From: Octopus vulgaris
Taxonomy: Eukaryota
DNA length: 64,000 bases
Direction of reading: 5' to 3'
Assembly (NCBI GenBank): GCA_951406725.2
Contig: OX597823.1
Location: 101,928,001 to 101,992,000 of the forward strand
In this document: piece by piece, positions 12,863-25,830 of the stretch
Layout of the letters: every line of letters begins with the position of its first letter
How positions within the stretch are numbered: position 1 is the first letter of the stretch
The notes under the pieces: model-generated
The model's input: only the letters and a program-made list of their open reading frames with translations
Told to the model about the DNA's origin: nothing
The model's database searches: none
Position numbers and translations under genes: made by a program

Positions 12863-14152
12863 TGTAGTTTTGCATACTTGTATGTAGATGTTTTGCGTGT
12901 ATGTGTATGTGCTGTTGAAGTTGTATATGTGTGTGTACATATAGATGTGTATTCATGTCTATTTAAGGAGTGTATTTGAATGTATGTATACTTGTATATA
13001 TGTATAGGTCTGTGTGTATGTATAAAAATATTTATATATATATGTATGTAGCTATGTATATGTTTATATATATGTATGCATGTATATATCTGTTACTTAT
13101 ATGTATGTATATTTATGTGTGGGTATATGGGTATATAAGCACATATGTATGAGTGTATGTATGAATCTTCTTGTTGGTGTATACATGCTTATTTGTTTGT
13201 ATATAGTATATGTATAGTATGCATATATGGGGCTGTTTATAGGTCTGTATGCACGTATGCATGGGGATCTTTATGTACGTATATGAGTGTATATATGTAT
13301 GTGCATATATATATTTACTTATGTTCCTCTACCTATATTGGATTCAGATCTTTGTTGCATTTTACAGGTTTATTGGTATTGGGGTGGACTGTATATTTGT
13401 TTGTTTAGTTTTAACTAAGGATGTGGTCAGTCTCGACATTGGTTTTGATCTAACTTTTTTTGCGAGGATATAAATTATATAACCTTTGATCAATAATAAG
13501 TTACCTATTATGTTTAGGGGTACATAGGTATAATAATGAATAACCTCGGATTCATATTAAATAACAACCTCATATTAGTTTTAGTAAATGGATGTATAAA
13601 TGTTTGGATAGGGATTAATACTGAATTACAATATGAGTAGTAACGTGTTTGGGTAACATTAAAACGGTATATTGATCTCCATAACTTCAACAATAATAAA
13701 CTCAAACTAGTAGATATTGATATATGGTCAGATACTTAATATATTGTTTCTATTACAGTATTTTATACAACTTAACTTTTACAGCGAGTTTAAATGGAGA
13801 GATCAAGCTGAAAGTTTGGATTCGCATTACTGTAACGGTTTATTTACACGGTCAATTTTTATTTCTGTATCTTCCGTAAATCACTTCCTTTTTCTATACC
13901 TTAAATGTTGTCAAATATGTTTGCTTAGCTTCTATTTCTTTCGAAAGCTTTGTCTGAATATTTTCCAAACTTTGCCAAATATTAATCCTAACGTTTATTA
14001 CCCTTTTAGGCCATTTTTTTATACATTAGGAATTACCCTTTCAGGCCTTTTTCTACGTATTAAGAATTAGCATAGATTTCACTTTAATGGTTTATAATAC
14101 TATTTTTTTAGTTATTAGTATGTATGTGTATATGTATATATATACATATATA

Positions 14153-14360
14153 GAGGTGCAATGGCCTAGTGGTTAGGGCAGCGGACTCGCGGTCGCAGGA
14201 TCGCGGTTTCGATTCTCAGACCGGGCGTTGTGTGTGTTTATTGAGCGAAAACACCTAAAAGCTCTACGAGGCTCCGGCAGGGGGTGGTGATCCCTGCTGT
14301 ACTCTTTCACCACAATGGCGGTGCCCCAGCATGGCCACAGCTCAAGAGCTGAAACTGGAA
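14153..14360 (+). mobile_element. Family-B SINE head fused to the CR1-like 3' tail
   Basis: gaggtgcaatggcctagtggttagggcagcggactcgcgg... ending atggcggtgccccagcatggccacagctc..gagctgaaact. Confidence 0.8.
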
Positions 14361-15314
14361 AAACAAACAAAAAACAAAACAAAATATGTGTAAGTGGGTA
14401 TTTTTAGGTATGTGTATATGTGTATATATGTATGTATATTGATATATACGTATGTATGTATGTATGTAAGTGTGTATTTATGTGCTTATGTTTATCTATG
14501 TGTACGTGTGTATGTGCGCATATGTGTATGTATGTACGTATGTGTATTTTAACCAACCAACCGTAACTAAGACAATGAAATTCAAATGTGCCAACCAATT
14601 GAATTGAGCTTTAGATTGTAAATAATCTATCAGCCCGTTAAGACCGATCACTCACCTATTGATATGCGAACTGTATGTATGTACATGCATATATAATTTT
14701 TGTATGATGTAAAAGGATAATATCCCTTTATATATGTATATGTATTAATAGATGCTTTTGCGCATGTATGTATATGCATGTGCATATATTTGGTACCTGT
14801 GTGTATATATATGTATGTAGATTTAGACTTAAGTTTCGATTATCGCTGTATAATATATGAATATAATGACATTGTATATTGTTTTACATTATTTTATTAT
14901 ATTGAATTAATTAATTTACTGGCGTGTTACACTGTTTTATATTATGTGATATTTTCCATCTACTATGTATTGTGAATAGCAGAATGCACATATTCCTTTA
15001 TTGGTATTAATAATAATAATAATAATATTAATAGTTTTTAGTAATGTAATACAATGAACTTTGGACTTTGTATATGTACACTTTGATGTGGATATATAAA
15101 TATGTATATTCCAGTATATAGATCTGATTAACTGTAACCTTATGTGTATGTATATTATTATGTATATACTTATATATATGTATATGTAGGTTTATATACA
15201 CTTATATGTATATGTATATATGTATATATGCATATTCTTGTATATGTGTACCTTCTTTAATATTCATATTTGCATTTTATATCTTCATTTTATTTCTTTA
15301 TAATTGTACTTTAT

Positions 15315-15451
15315 ATTCTCTGACGAGGCCTTGAGATATATATATATATATATATAAGTAACTCATTTTTAACTGTATATTACCTCAATACATCTGACTA
15401 ATATGGGCATAATGAGATACTCTTATCTACAGGCTGAAACAGCTGTAAGAT
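15315..15451 (+). ncRNA. Type I hammerhead ribozyme motif with long loop II
   Basis: tct-CTGACGA(15320-26)-ggcct...aggct-GAAA(15436-39)-cagctg-TA-aga; palindromic stem III acagctgt, 3-bp stem I. Confidence 0.75.
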
Positions 15452-15628
15452 CCATTTTATATGTATTATTCTTATGGTATTATCTTACTTATTGATGTAT
15501 ATTGCTTTATTCTGTATTATTCTGTTGGATTTGGATGTTCCTATTTAATCGAAATAATTAATTAATAAATTATATGAATTGCTATTATCTGGCTGTTGAT
15601 GATTGAAAGAAATCTATTCCTCCATTTT

Positions 15629-15702
<74 letters not shown>

Positions 15703-16029
15703 TGTATGTATGTATGTATGTATGTATGTATAATTGTTGAAGAGGACAACAAACGGCAAGGCAAACAGCTGTTTCTGAGATATCCCAGAGTATGGGATAT
15801 TCCGTCATTGGAGACGAATATGTATGTATAAGTTTCTGTGTCTGTGTTTGTCCCCATCATCGCTTGATAACTGATGTTGGTGTGTTTACGTCCCCGTAAC
15901 TTAGCGGTTCGACAAAAGAGACCGATAGAATAAGTAATAGGCTTACAAAGAATAAGTCCTGGGGTCGATTTGTTCAACTAAAGGCAGTATTCTAGCATGG
16001 CTGCAGTCAAATAACTGAAACAAATAAAA

Positions 16030-16088
<59 letters not shown>

Positions 16089-16094
16089 TTAGGG

Positions 16095-16345
16095 AGGCTT
16101 TTCTTAATTTCCGAGAGTAGATATAGGCCAACTAAGTCAGTCACCTGTGCAGAGTCTGATGACCCCATGGTTATATCAAAAAAAAAATTTGAGTCGGCTC
16201 TCTGCCAGTCACTCTCGTTATAGGAGATAAGTGTTTCTCTTGCCGCCAAAATTACCCCTATATCCGACTTAGGTATCTCTACAAACTTTCTTGCAAAGAT
16301 TAAGGCTTTGTTTAACAAGAACAAAAAAAAATTTTCATCACAGTT
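16095..16345 (-). pseudogene. Inverted RT fragment of a Penelope-like element
   Basis: Minus frame LLNKALIFARKFVEIPKSDIGVILAARETLISYNESDWQRADSNFFFDITMGSSDSAQVTDLVGLYLL matches the PLE RT motif [22 protein letters not shown] as I recall it. Confidence 0.85.
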
Positions 16346-17942
16346 TAGAGTTAAACAGCATGCACCGGTGTATAATAATGCCCTAAGTTTAAGTGGTTTC
16401 AAGTCTAAAATATTTTATATCTTTAATACTAGACTCAAAAACAAGATGGCTGGTTTGCCAATTAAGCACATTACAATTACTACAGATAAATACAGAGAAC
16501 CCCCTAACTGCAATAATAAGAGGCCTTTGAATAGTAATATGTTTAAGGATACTCGCAATAGGTACAGGTATAAGAAAATTAATTATTTTGATAAGGAGTT
16601 GAACAAAACGGGAGGTTCACGGTCTAGGATAAGGGAAGTTGTTTGGTTCGCTCCCCCTTTCTCCCTTAGAGTAAGGAATTTACCGAAAATGTTCTTTAGA
16701 ATTCTGAAGGAGAACTTCCCAAAGAATCATAAATACTATAGCATCTGCAACAAATCAACGATAAAATTCTCTTACTCTGTAATGCCTAACTTTGCTTCCA
16801 TCATTGCTTCAATCAACAGAAGCAAGCTTGCTGGGTGGAATAGCGGAAAAAGTTCCTTTGAGGATGACCAAGGAACTGCGTATGATAATCCTGTAACGCC
16901 TAATGCCAATGCTACAAGCAGTCTACCTTTACCGGGTATATCGAACCCATGTAATAAGGGGAGATTTGATGGAATGAATGAGGGAAACCCGTCTGAAATT
17001 GGAGATACAATAAGTAAAGGTAACAATAGGAATAAAACTAGGAAAGGCCCCGGAAAGACATGTAACTGTAGAAAACCCGAATTATGTCCTTCGGATGGTT
17101 CCTGTCTAGTTACCAACGTAATATATAAATGTGTAGTCAAGGACGAAGATAAGCTAAATAAATTTTATATATGTAGCACGATAGACTTTAAGGCGAGATA
17201 TAGATCACATATGAGCTCTTTTGCTAGCGACAAATACTGTAACTCGACTACACTTGCATCACATATACACAACTTGAAGAAAAATAATAAGAATTATCAT
17301 CTAGAATGGTCCATTATTTCTAAAATCCCAAATTTCAAGAGAAATATCAGCAAGTGTAGGCTTTGCATAAGGGAATCACTTACCATCCTTAGGTGTTATG
17401 GACCGCACATTCTGAATAAATTTACGGACGTGATTCCCTTTTGCATCCATAAATTTTCTTCTACATTCTTAAAAGTCTATAGGAATAAAATAAGTTGTAG
17501 AAAATAAATGATTTAGCTTTTACAGGATTGAAACCACGGAGGCTCAATTTAATTCAATTTAGTTCAATTTAATTTAATTGAAGTTAATTTAATTTAATAC
17601 ACCCATTTTTTTTACCACCTTATTTCTCTACTGCTTTAAAAGAAAATAATTTTTTACTGCTTTAATTCTTTCCTTTTGGGCTTATCCGAGCATACAGCAT
17701 TGTGCTAGCCTGGTACGCGATGATGTCTGTCTTTATGTATTTTTTCCCCTGACGAAGGAGGTATTATCTTGATGCACCCTAGTGCTTTAAACATAATAAT
17801 ATTCCCTTGAAATGGCTATAGGGATAAGTAAATATGGTTTCCTTTTTAACTTCTCTTACTTGAATAATAATTTTATAAGATTTCTAAACGATGAACTTTT
17901 ATTTTATTTACATGATATATATTATATATTTTTTTATATGCT

Positions 17943-17945
<3 letters not shown>
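16346..17945 (+). mobile_element. Penelope-like element 3' part: RT thumb end, linker, GIY-YIG endonuclease (ORF to 17507) and 3' tail
   Basis: APVYNNALSLSGF, VVWFAPPFS, FPKNHKYY, SYSVMPN, CNCRKPELCPSDGSCL, VIYKC..FYICST..FKARYRSH, CRLC, CIH; hammerhead in the tail; ends at (TA)n. Confidence 0.9.
17745..17824 (+). ncRNA. Type I hammerhead ribozyme motif in PLE 3' tail
   Basis: tccc-CTGACGA(17749-55)-aggaggtattat...ataatattccctt-GAAA(17809-12)-tggcta-TA-ggga. Confidence 0.78.
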
Positions 17946-17987
<42 letters not shown>

Positions 17988-18044
17988 ATAAAACGGTAAG
18001 ATAACAAAAGAAAGAAAGATTATGTAAATAGAGGAAATTTATCT

Positions 18045-19025
18045 ATACAATATGTTACATTACTCGGTAGTCAAGATAAAACTCTGAGTTTCAGATGCCG
18101 AAGTGGAAATCCACAACACCATCTCTTCGGTTATCTGGCTATTTGAAAACGTTATGAAAAAATACCGTTAAATAAAGGGAAATTACTCTGTTATAACTCT
18201 GCTTGCCTGCGTACTTATACATCGCTCGCATTTTTCGTCATAAAAATTATATAAAAATACATAAAAAATATATAAAAAATGTATAAAAATATATAAATTC
18301 TTCTTGGGACATAACATAGAAAGCATGTTCTATCTGTTTTCTTTAGGGGACCAAAAACGTAACAGAAATTTAGTCACATGTGGGCATGATCCGAAAAGCT
18401 CTGTCCTTGTATTTAGACATGTAGTAGGGTCTAAGCTGCTTTTCCAGATAAGCCATCTCTCCATGTCGCATAGACCGCACCTTCCGCTGCCGTTAGTATA
18501 GGGCTTACATCTGGCCAAAATCTTCCGTTGTATGTTATAATCGACACCTTTATCTCTTAAAGACCAAATATGATTAGACAATTGTGTCGCTTTTCTTTTG
18601 TTCCAGTGCCTAAAGCTCAAAGTGTGGTTATTGAACCTGGCCTTGAAATTACCCTCTGTAAGGCCCACGTATTTCTTCGTCGAAACGGTGTCTTTAGTGG
18701 TTATAGAGTTTACGGTAGCTTCATATATGATGGTCTTGGACATGCTTTCTATGTTATGTCCCAAGAAGAATTTATATATTTTTATATATTTTTAATATAT
18801 TTTTTTATGTATTTTTATATAATTTTTATGACGAAAACTGCGAGCGATGTATAAGTACGCAGGCAAGCAGAGTTATAACAGAGTAATTTCCCTTTATTTA
18901 ACGGTATTTTTTCATAACGTTTTCAAATAGCCAGATAGCCGAAGAGATGGTGTTGTGGATTTCCACTTCGGCATCTGAAACTCAGAGTTTTATCTTGACT
19001 ACCGAGTAATGTAACATATTGTATA
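18045..19025 (-). mobile_element. 5'-truncated Penelope-like element: GIY-YIG domain flanked by inverted ~285-bp pseudo-LTRs
   Basis: ORF 18764-18330 IIYEATV...KYVGLTEGNFKARFNNH...LSNHIWSL...CGLC...CPH; 18045-18328 and 18740-19025 are reverse complements; both ends abut (TA)n. Confidence 0.9.
18933..18995 (+). ncRNA. Variant hammerhead motif (core CCGAAGA); mirror copy on the minus strand at 18074-18136
   Basis: agatag-CCGAAGA-gatg...catc-t-GAAA-ctcagag-TT-ttatct. Confidence 0.55.
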
Positions 19026-19040
19026 TATATATATATATAT

Positions 19041-19420
19041 ACTAGCAGTATCGCCCGGCGTTGCTCAGGTTTGTAAGGGAAATAACTATAAAGCATTTTT
19101 AGAGAGTTATAGCAAAAAAATAGCAAAAAAATGGAAAAAAAAATGATGGTAAATTTTTTTTGAGTTAAAACAGGTGGAGTTGCGTCCCCTAGACGGTCTG
19201 TGGTTTGGGTTTCTCATTCTCGACCCCATGTCGAATTTATCGATTTTTTTCAGAACTGGGGGAACTTTTCAAAATTTTCGCTGCGTTAGTTTTGAATTAT
19301 GACATTGGGCTATGTGTGTGTCAAGTTTCATCAGAATCGGTTGAAAGCCGTGGTCAGAGTGAGGGTACGAGAAAACAGACACACAGAAAACGCACAGACA
19401 AACTGCCGTTTATATAGATA
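19041..19420 (+). mobile_element. Non-autonomous Helitron/Helentron-like element
   Basis: Starts actagcagtatcgcccggcgttgctc, contains caagtttcatcagaatcggttgaa, ends acagacaaactgccgtttatatagata; inserted in (TA)n. Confidence 0.55.
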
Positions 19421-19802
19421 TATATATATATATATATATTATATATTTTTATATACCTATATATTTTTATATATTACTTTATATTATATTTTTACTTTCT
19501 AGGTGTTGTAATGTTTTTTTTTATAAAAAAATGTATTAACTCTAAACTGTGATGAAAAAAATTTTTTTTCTCGCACCTTATTATTATTATATGCTTATAT
19601 GCTTGTACAGATGAATTATGTTCCATCTTGCGGGATGTTTATATGTATATTCTATGATTAAATGTTCGAATTATGAAATGCTATGCGGATGACCTTGCAT
19701 TTGTTTGTTCAATAACTTTAGTTTGATATATTTGTCTCTTTCAATAGAGCACTTCTATAGCAGTCCTATTAATTTTTTTGTTCCTGACAATCACTGTTTT
19801 AT

Positions 19803-19863
<61 letters not shown>

Positions 19864-19889
19864 TATATTGTGTATAAAATCTTTAAATC

Positions 19890-20600
19890 TTTAAAATGTT
19901 TCAGCTTCGAAGCTGCGGTCATGCTGGAGCACCACCGTTGACTGAGTTACACCATTATTTGAAACCTCTGATATCTGGCATTTAGTCAACGAGGAAGCTT
20001 GATGCCGCTGCCCTCATCTGTGTTTCCTGCCGTAAGGTAGGCTCATCTGGAACCCTTGACAAGAAGAGATCCAGTTTTATTTTAAAGACATTTACATCCA
20101 CACCATGCTAGTCTCTCAGGCATTTGGGAAGGTTATTGAAGAGCTGTGGGCCCTTGAAGCCTTAGCTGTTGCAGTATCTGATCCTATATTTTGATGGCGA
20201 TGCTGGGATCTTTGGCACTATGCAGTGGCGCCCCGTCCTGCAGTTTGAGTAACTTTCAATGCCAAAGTTTGGTACAAGGCCTTCTAGGATTTTCTAGATG
20301 TATATCACCGCATAACTTTCCCGCCTTCGTTCTAGGGAGAAGAGTTTTAATTCTTTCACTCTTTCCCAATAACTGATACGATGCATCGAGACGATTTTCT
20401 TAGTGTAGCTTCGATGGGTTGCTTCGAGTTAGGCCGTGGATTTTATTATTTCTTTACAGCCCACAAGGTTACAGGTAAAGTGGTAAAGAATTCTGCTGGT
20501 TTGTTCACTTGCCTGTGTCCTAGCGGTGCAGTGAACACACTTTAGAACTCTTCGTTCAGTATTTCACTTATCCTCATGGGGTTTTCTGTGAGGGAGTCAT
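19890..20600 (-). mobile_element. CR1/L2-group LINE fragments
   Basis: Minus strand reads GPQLFNNLP...FKIKLDLFLSRVPDEP..Q...RAAAS, with an upstream piece ENPMRISEILNEEF.SVFT; homologous to 60889-61130. Confidence 0.65.
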
Positions 20601-22525
20601 CATGTGTGTGTGTCTGTGTATGTCCCACACCACCGTTGACAACCGGTGTTGGTGTGCTTATGTCCGCGTAATATAGCGGTTCAGCAGAAGAGATCGATAG
20701 AATAAGTACCAGGCGTTAAAAAAATGCGGTGCTCCAGCATGGCCGCAGTTAAAATGACTGATAAAAGAATATAGATACCGGACAGTAGTAGTAGTCCTTT
20801 CTATTATATGCACAAAGCCTAAAATTTGGGGGGGGGGTGAGGAGGATAACCGATTGCATCGACTTCAATGCTCGACTGGTACTTATTTTATCAGCCGAGG
20901 TCGACTGTGCCTTTCATTCTTTCGGGGCCGATAAAATAAGTATCATTTGAACACTGTGATCGATATAATGGATTTACCTCTCGTCCGAAATTACTGGCCT
21001 TGTGTCAAAATTTGAGCCCTAGGTCTTATAAAACCGGTTACCTAGTTTTGCATGCATAAAATTGACCGCGATCATAAAATTCCCCCGGAACAGGACGCAT
21101 GATTATTCATTTACAGCTGAGTGGATTGGGGCAACGTGAAATGAAGTGTTTTGGCCATGAACATAACGCACCGTCAGGCCCAGGGTACCAGAGTACAATA
21201 ACCTAACCACTAGGTCACTCTGGGTCACTGGGCAGGCTGAATTTCGACACCCTTACATGCATGATTAAAAAGAAAAAAAACTTTTTGACAAGGATTAAAG
21301 CCTGAAAATATAAGTAACGTGTTTACTATCATTTATTAAATGTTATAAAGCATTTTATTTTATTTATTATTTTCATATTCTTTTGTTTATATCTCTGGGA
21401 ATATCCCAAATATAAAACGTGACGTCATCATTACGTGACAGCCCCGAGCAATTGCCTTCAGTCATCCCTCATAAACTATAGAGAAAGGCATGAACATCAT
21501 TTGACCACATATTAGTTTTTACTCTAAATCTTAAATTTGAGGATGATTTTTTTTTCGTTAAGCAAGAATTCACTAAAGTGAGAAGAATAAATCAATTCCA
21601 AGCATTAAGTAAGAGATCTGGTTTTTTTCAAATTTTATTGGTAAACTCGTAAAAACGAAATGGAAATAAACATAACGTCATAAGTACTATTAGTAGGAGT
21701 AACTGTTGCCAGAATTCCAGTCTACATATTTTAACCTTAACATTCATCGCTCATTAAAATCTGTTGCTAACTACTTTCGCGGTCAGCAGTAAGATAGATT
21801 TGAAAATAGAGAGTCCAGCATCTGGTGTTGTCGTTCCAGGAAGCACTGCGGTAGACTGTTGGTTTATAATCAGCATTAGATTGATGGAAGTTTGCCTAAT
21901 AGATAGAATAGTGCAATGTAGGGAAAGAAATGAAAGTACCGCAGTAAATGATTAGTTTAAACGAGGCAGCTGATACAGAGAGAATAATCGATATTGGATT
22001 ACAATCGGGTTTTTTTTTTCTATAAAATTTATTGCTAATAGGAATATATATTAACAAAATATACTAACAAAATAGAGCAACGGAATCAACAGAATCGTTT
22101 ATGTTGTTGCACCCCGCTCGTTTCTTGAAAGATCTCTCTTTCTAACCTCGTTTTAATTTCTTTCCTTCTCTGTTCGATATGTTGCAAACACTGTAGCTAT
22201 GTAGTGAGAAGGAGATGTACTTCTGTTGAAAAGCAAAATAAATGTTCCGCATAACGAGGAATTTTGTAATATAATGATCGTTGGATCAAAAGAATATGGT
22301 ATAGCTTTCTATGATCCGAAATCTTAGCCAGGCAAGCTACGATCTTATAGCAAACCGAATGGGGGATGGGGTCTATTCAGAATATATTTGTGCAACCATT
22401 ACTGAAATATTAGTGACCAGGGGATGAATGTACGAAGAACTATTTTAAACCAAAATCGAAACAGAAGAACGACTTCAATTTTATAGTGAAATATAATTCT
22501 ACCAATATGATTTTACAAACAAATA

Positions 22526-22755
22526 AGGCAATGAACTGGCAGAATTGTTAGCACAACCGGCAAAATACTTAGCAGTATTTCGTCCGTCCTTACATTCTGA
22601 GTTCAAATTCCGCCGAGGTCCATTTTCTTTTTCATGCCTTTCGGGCGTCGATAAAATAAGTAGCAGTTGAGCACTGGCATCGATGTCATAGACTTACCAC
22701 CATCCCCCACCTACACACACACAAATTTGCGGTCATGTGCCAAAATTTGAAACTG
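22526..22755 (+). mobile_element. Family-A SINE
   Basis: ctggcagaattgttagcac...gagttcaaattccgccgaggtc...gtcgataaaataagtagcagt. Confidence 0.75.
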
Positions 22756-23194
22756 ATATGATTTTCTAAAAATGCAATACTGATGCGACATGTCACTGAA
22801 ACCCACTCGGAATGTTTATGTTCCTTGATCGACAACTTTCCTGTTCCACAAGGAATTTAATCCATTTTGTATTGTCTTACAAAGACCGAACCACTTTTAA
22901 CCCACACGTGATTCCCATCCGTACCAATCCGGTCTCATACTAAATTCAGCTTTATACCATGACAATTGTACTTCACGCCAGTATTAATTTATATGGTAGC
23001 ATGCCACTTGCAGGGCTGGTTTATTTTAGAGGTAAAAATGCTGCTTGGGATTCTGTACAATTGTCTAATCATCTCTTTTACGATTAAGAGTTAACATTCC
23101 ACTAGTGTAAACATCTTTCATTCTTCTACGATCGATACTCTACTATTAGTTATATAGGTTCAATGGACTAAACTCGCTCCTCAAAATGCTTGTT

Positions 23195-23248
<54 letters not shown>

Positions 23249-23254
23249 CACTGT

Positions 23255-23470
23255 ACGAGGCGGGGCTGAAAAGTTCTTGGCTTTAAGAATATCGAAAAAG
23301 GCCTGATTCGAGGCCCAACCTTCTGAGTTCTTTTACAGGGTTTTAAAAAAACGAAGGGCCGCTGCAATAAGTGTGTGAATCTGAAAGGGGAATACGCTGA
23401 ATAAAATCAAGATTAACTGATCCTCCTGTATTTTCTGTAACTCAAAGCCACGAATATTTTAGCAACCAAA
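23255..23470 (+). mobile_element. Mariner deletion derivative (MITE-like)
   Basis: Left TIR tacgaggcggggctgaaaagttcttggcttt; degenerate right TIR aaagccacgaatattttagcaacc; transposase C-terminal relic RCNKCVNLKGEYAE*. Confidence 0.6.
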
Positions 23471-23473
23471 ATA

Positions 23474-25735
23474 CCTCGACCGTGTCCTTGCCCCCCTATT
23501 GACGTCTCTTCCCTCTCACATCCACGTCACCAACCGTGCTCTCCGGCTTTTCAACTCTTTCTCCTTTCCTCCCGGCTCCTCGAAACTCCTCTTTACAATG
23601 GACATCCAGAGCCTCTATACCGTCATCCCTCACCACGATGAACTGCGGGCACTTCAACACTTTCTCGACCTCCGCCCCAACCCCGAACCCGACACCTCCA
23701 CACTCATTCGTCTGGCCGAACTTGTCCTTTCTCTTAACTGCTTCTCGTTCGCGGGCGAGTTCTACTAACAAAACTCGGGAGTGGCCATGGGAACGCGAAT
23801 GGGCCCCAACTATGCGAACCTGTTCGTTGGCTATGTTGAGGCCCAAATATTCTCTAGTTTCACTGGTCCCACGACCGAACTATACGGTTGTTACATTGAT
23901 GACATTATCGGTGCCACCTCACTCTCCCGTGAACAGACTCCTTCCTCTCTTTCGTCCAATCCTTCCATCCTGCCCTCCACTTCACCTGCACTATCTCCAA
24001 CACCTCTGTCTCCTTCCTCGACATTTCGGTCAGCATTCATCACTCCACTCTTACCACCTCCATTCACTACAAACACACAGACTCACACTCATACCTAAAC
24101 TTCTCTTCCTCCCACCCAAAACACACCAAGATTTCCATCCCCTATTCCCAATTCCTCCGTCTACGTAGGCTCTGTAGTGACGACCAAGACTTTGAGATTC
24201 AGTCTCAACTCATGGCTCGCCACTTCATCAAACGTGGATACACCCTCACCACTATCCACACCGCCCTTGCCAGAGCACATTCCGTAGACCGTGCATCTAT
24301 CTGCTCTCTCCCCCCGAACCCGCCCTGCAGTCTCCCACCTCCCTTTTCTCCTCACTTACCACCCCACCACCCTACCTCTCCAACGCACCATTCTTCGAGC
24401 TTTCCGGCATCTCCAGTCTGACCCGTCCACTTGACACTTCTTCCCTAACCGACCCCTCCCCTCCTTCAAACGAGCCCATAACCTTCGAGACCTCTTGGTC
24501 CACAGCTTCTTCCCTGACCCTACCTTCCAACCTGGCTCGTTCCCCTGCTCCCGCCCACGTTGCCGCACTTGCCCTCACTTCTCCAACACCACCCTCTTCA
24601 CCGGCACCCATCATCGACCCTATCGCATCATCGACTCCTTCACCTGCACCTCCAGCAATATCATCTATTGCATCTCCTGCTCTCTCTGCCATTCCCTGTA
24701 CATCGGACAAACGGGGCGCCGCTTGGCTGACCGGTTCGCGGAATACCTCCGAGACATCCGCCTCGCCAATGTCACACCAGTCTCACGCCATTTCCGCTCC
24801 ACCGGTCACTCCTTGCAACACCTGTCTGTGTTCGGATTGTCCTTGCACAGAGGTCATCCGGATTCCCGCTTGCGCCGTGAACAGGGATTAATCTTCTCTC
24901 TTCGCTCTTTTACACCATTTGGGCTCAACTCTCCCCCCTTTTCATCTAACCTCCCCCCGACTCCTACTTCTCTTCAGTCCTTTATCTTTTCACCCCTACT
25001 CTCTTTCCCTTCTTCCCTCTTCTTCTCTCTTCTTCCCTCTTCCCCTTCTCTCTTTCTCTCTGCTCCCTCACTCCCCTTCTCTCCCCTCTCCATCCCTCTC
25101 TTCAACCCCTCCTCCCCTCCCCTCCTCCTTCTCCTCCTCTCTCCCCTCCTCTCTCTTCTCTCCCTCTCTCCCCTCCCCCAACCCCCAGCCGAACCCACAC
25201 CCCACCTGGGGTTTCCCCACTCTCGCCCCCACTTCCCCACAACATTACACAACACTACACTACACCATACCACATTACATATCACATCACAACGCACCAC
25301 CCACAGCACACCGCCCACACACCCATCCCCATATCTCCACACCCACACATACATACATACACACGTCCAGACCACCAGCCCGCTTTCACACGCACATACA
25401 TACTCTCTTATACACACACGCACCTTTGTGTTGGGGGCACCTTCGTTTTGGAAGTCACTTGACCCTGTTATCTCCCCTACTGTCCCTCTAGCGTCTGACC
25501 TCTGACCTCTGCCCGAAGTCAGAACGTCATGATAGATCGTTTGCTCCTACACGCATTTTTTTCTCTCCTTGTTTCTCTCGTTTTTTTTTCTGTGTATCTT
25601 TCTGTGGAAGAGCGTAGGCTCGAAACGTAAAAGACTTGTTCTATTTCTATTCCTGAGCGCCATACTAATACATTTGTTTGTTTGTACTCCACCTGCCTTC
25701 GTCTTTTGTTTATTTTTGTAAACCTTCCCGTTATA
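23474..25735 (+). mobile_element. Penelope-like element (Neptune-type), decayed RT plus GIY-YIG
   Basis: LLFTMDIQSLYTVIPH, GVAMGTRMGPNYANLFVGYVE, YIDDIIG, linker CSRPRCRTC, FTCTSSNIIYCISCSLCHSLYIGQTGRRLADRF; stops and frameshifts present; very C-rich strand; tail ends at (TA)n. Confidence 0.93.
25597..25634 (+). ncRNA. Degenerate minimal hammerhead motif in the PLE tail
   Basis: tcttt-CTGTGGA-agagc-gtag-gctc-GAAA-cg-TA-aaaga; the core deviates from CTGANGA. Confidence 0.45.
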
Positions 25736-25739
25736 TATA

Positions 25740-25830
<91 letters not shown>

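Larger units (their letters stand above)
11934..15630 (+). mobile_element. 5'-truncated Penelope-like element: GIY-YIG C-terminus plus probable long AT-rich 3' UTR ending in a hammerhead
   Basis: 11934-12143 translates ELKSKNIDFNSLWKILTSAPAYNNRTRKCSLCINEIFFII...MNNLKERNVSCLHR...FK*, homologous to the end of ORF 16308-17507. Hammerhead at 15315-15451 on the same strand; (TA)n on both sides. That the whole span is one element is inferred. Confidence 0.6.

Noticed and set aside
24919-25505. Ser/Pro/Leu-rich and Arg/Gly/Glu-rich ORFs
   Set aside because: The pyrimidine-rich 3' region of the Neptune-type PLE read in several frames.
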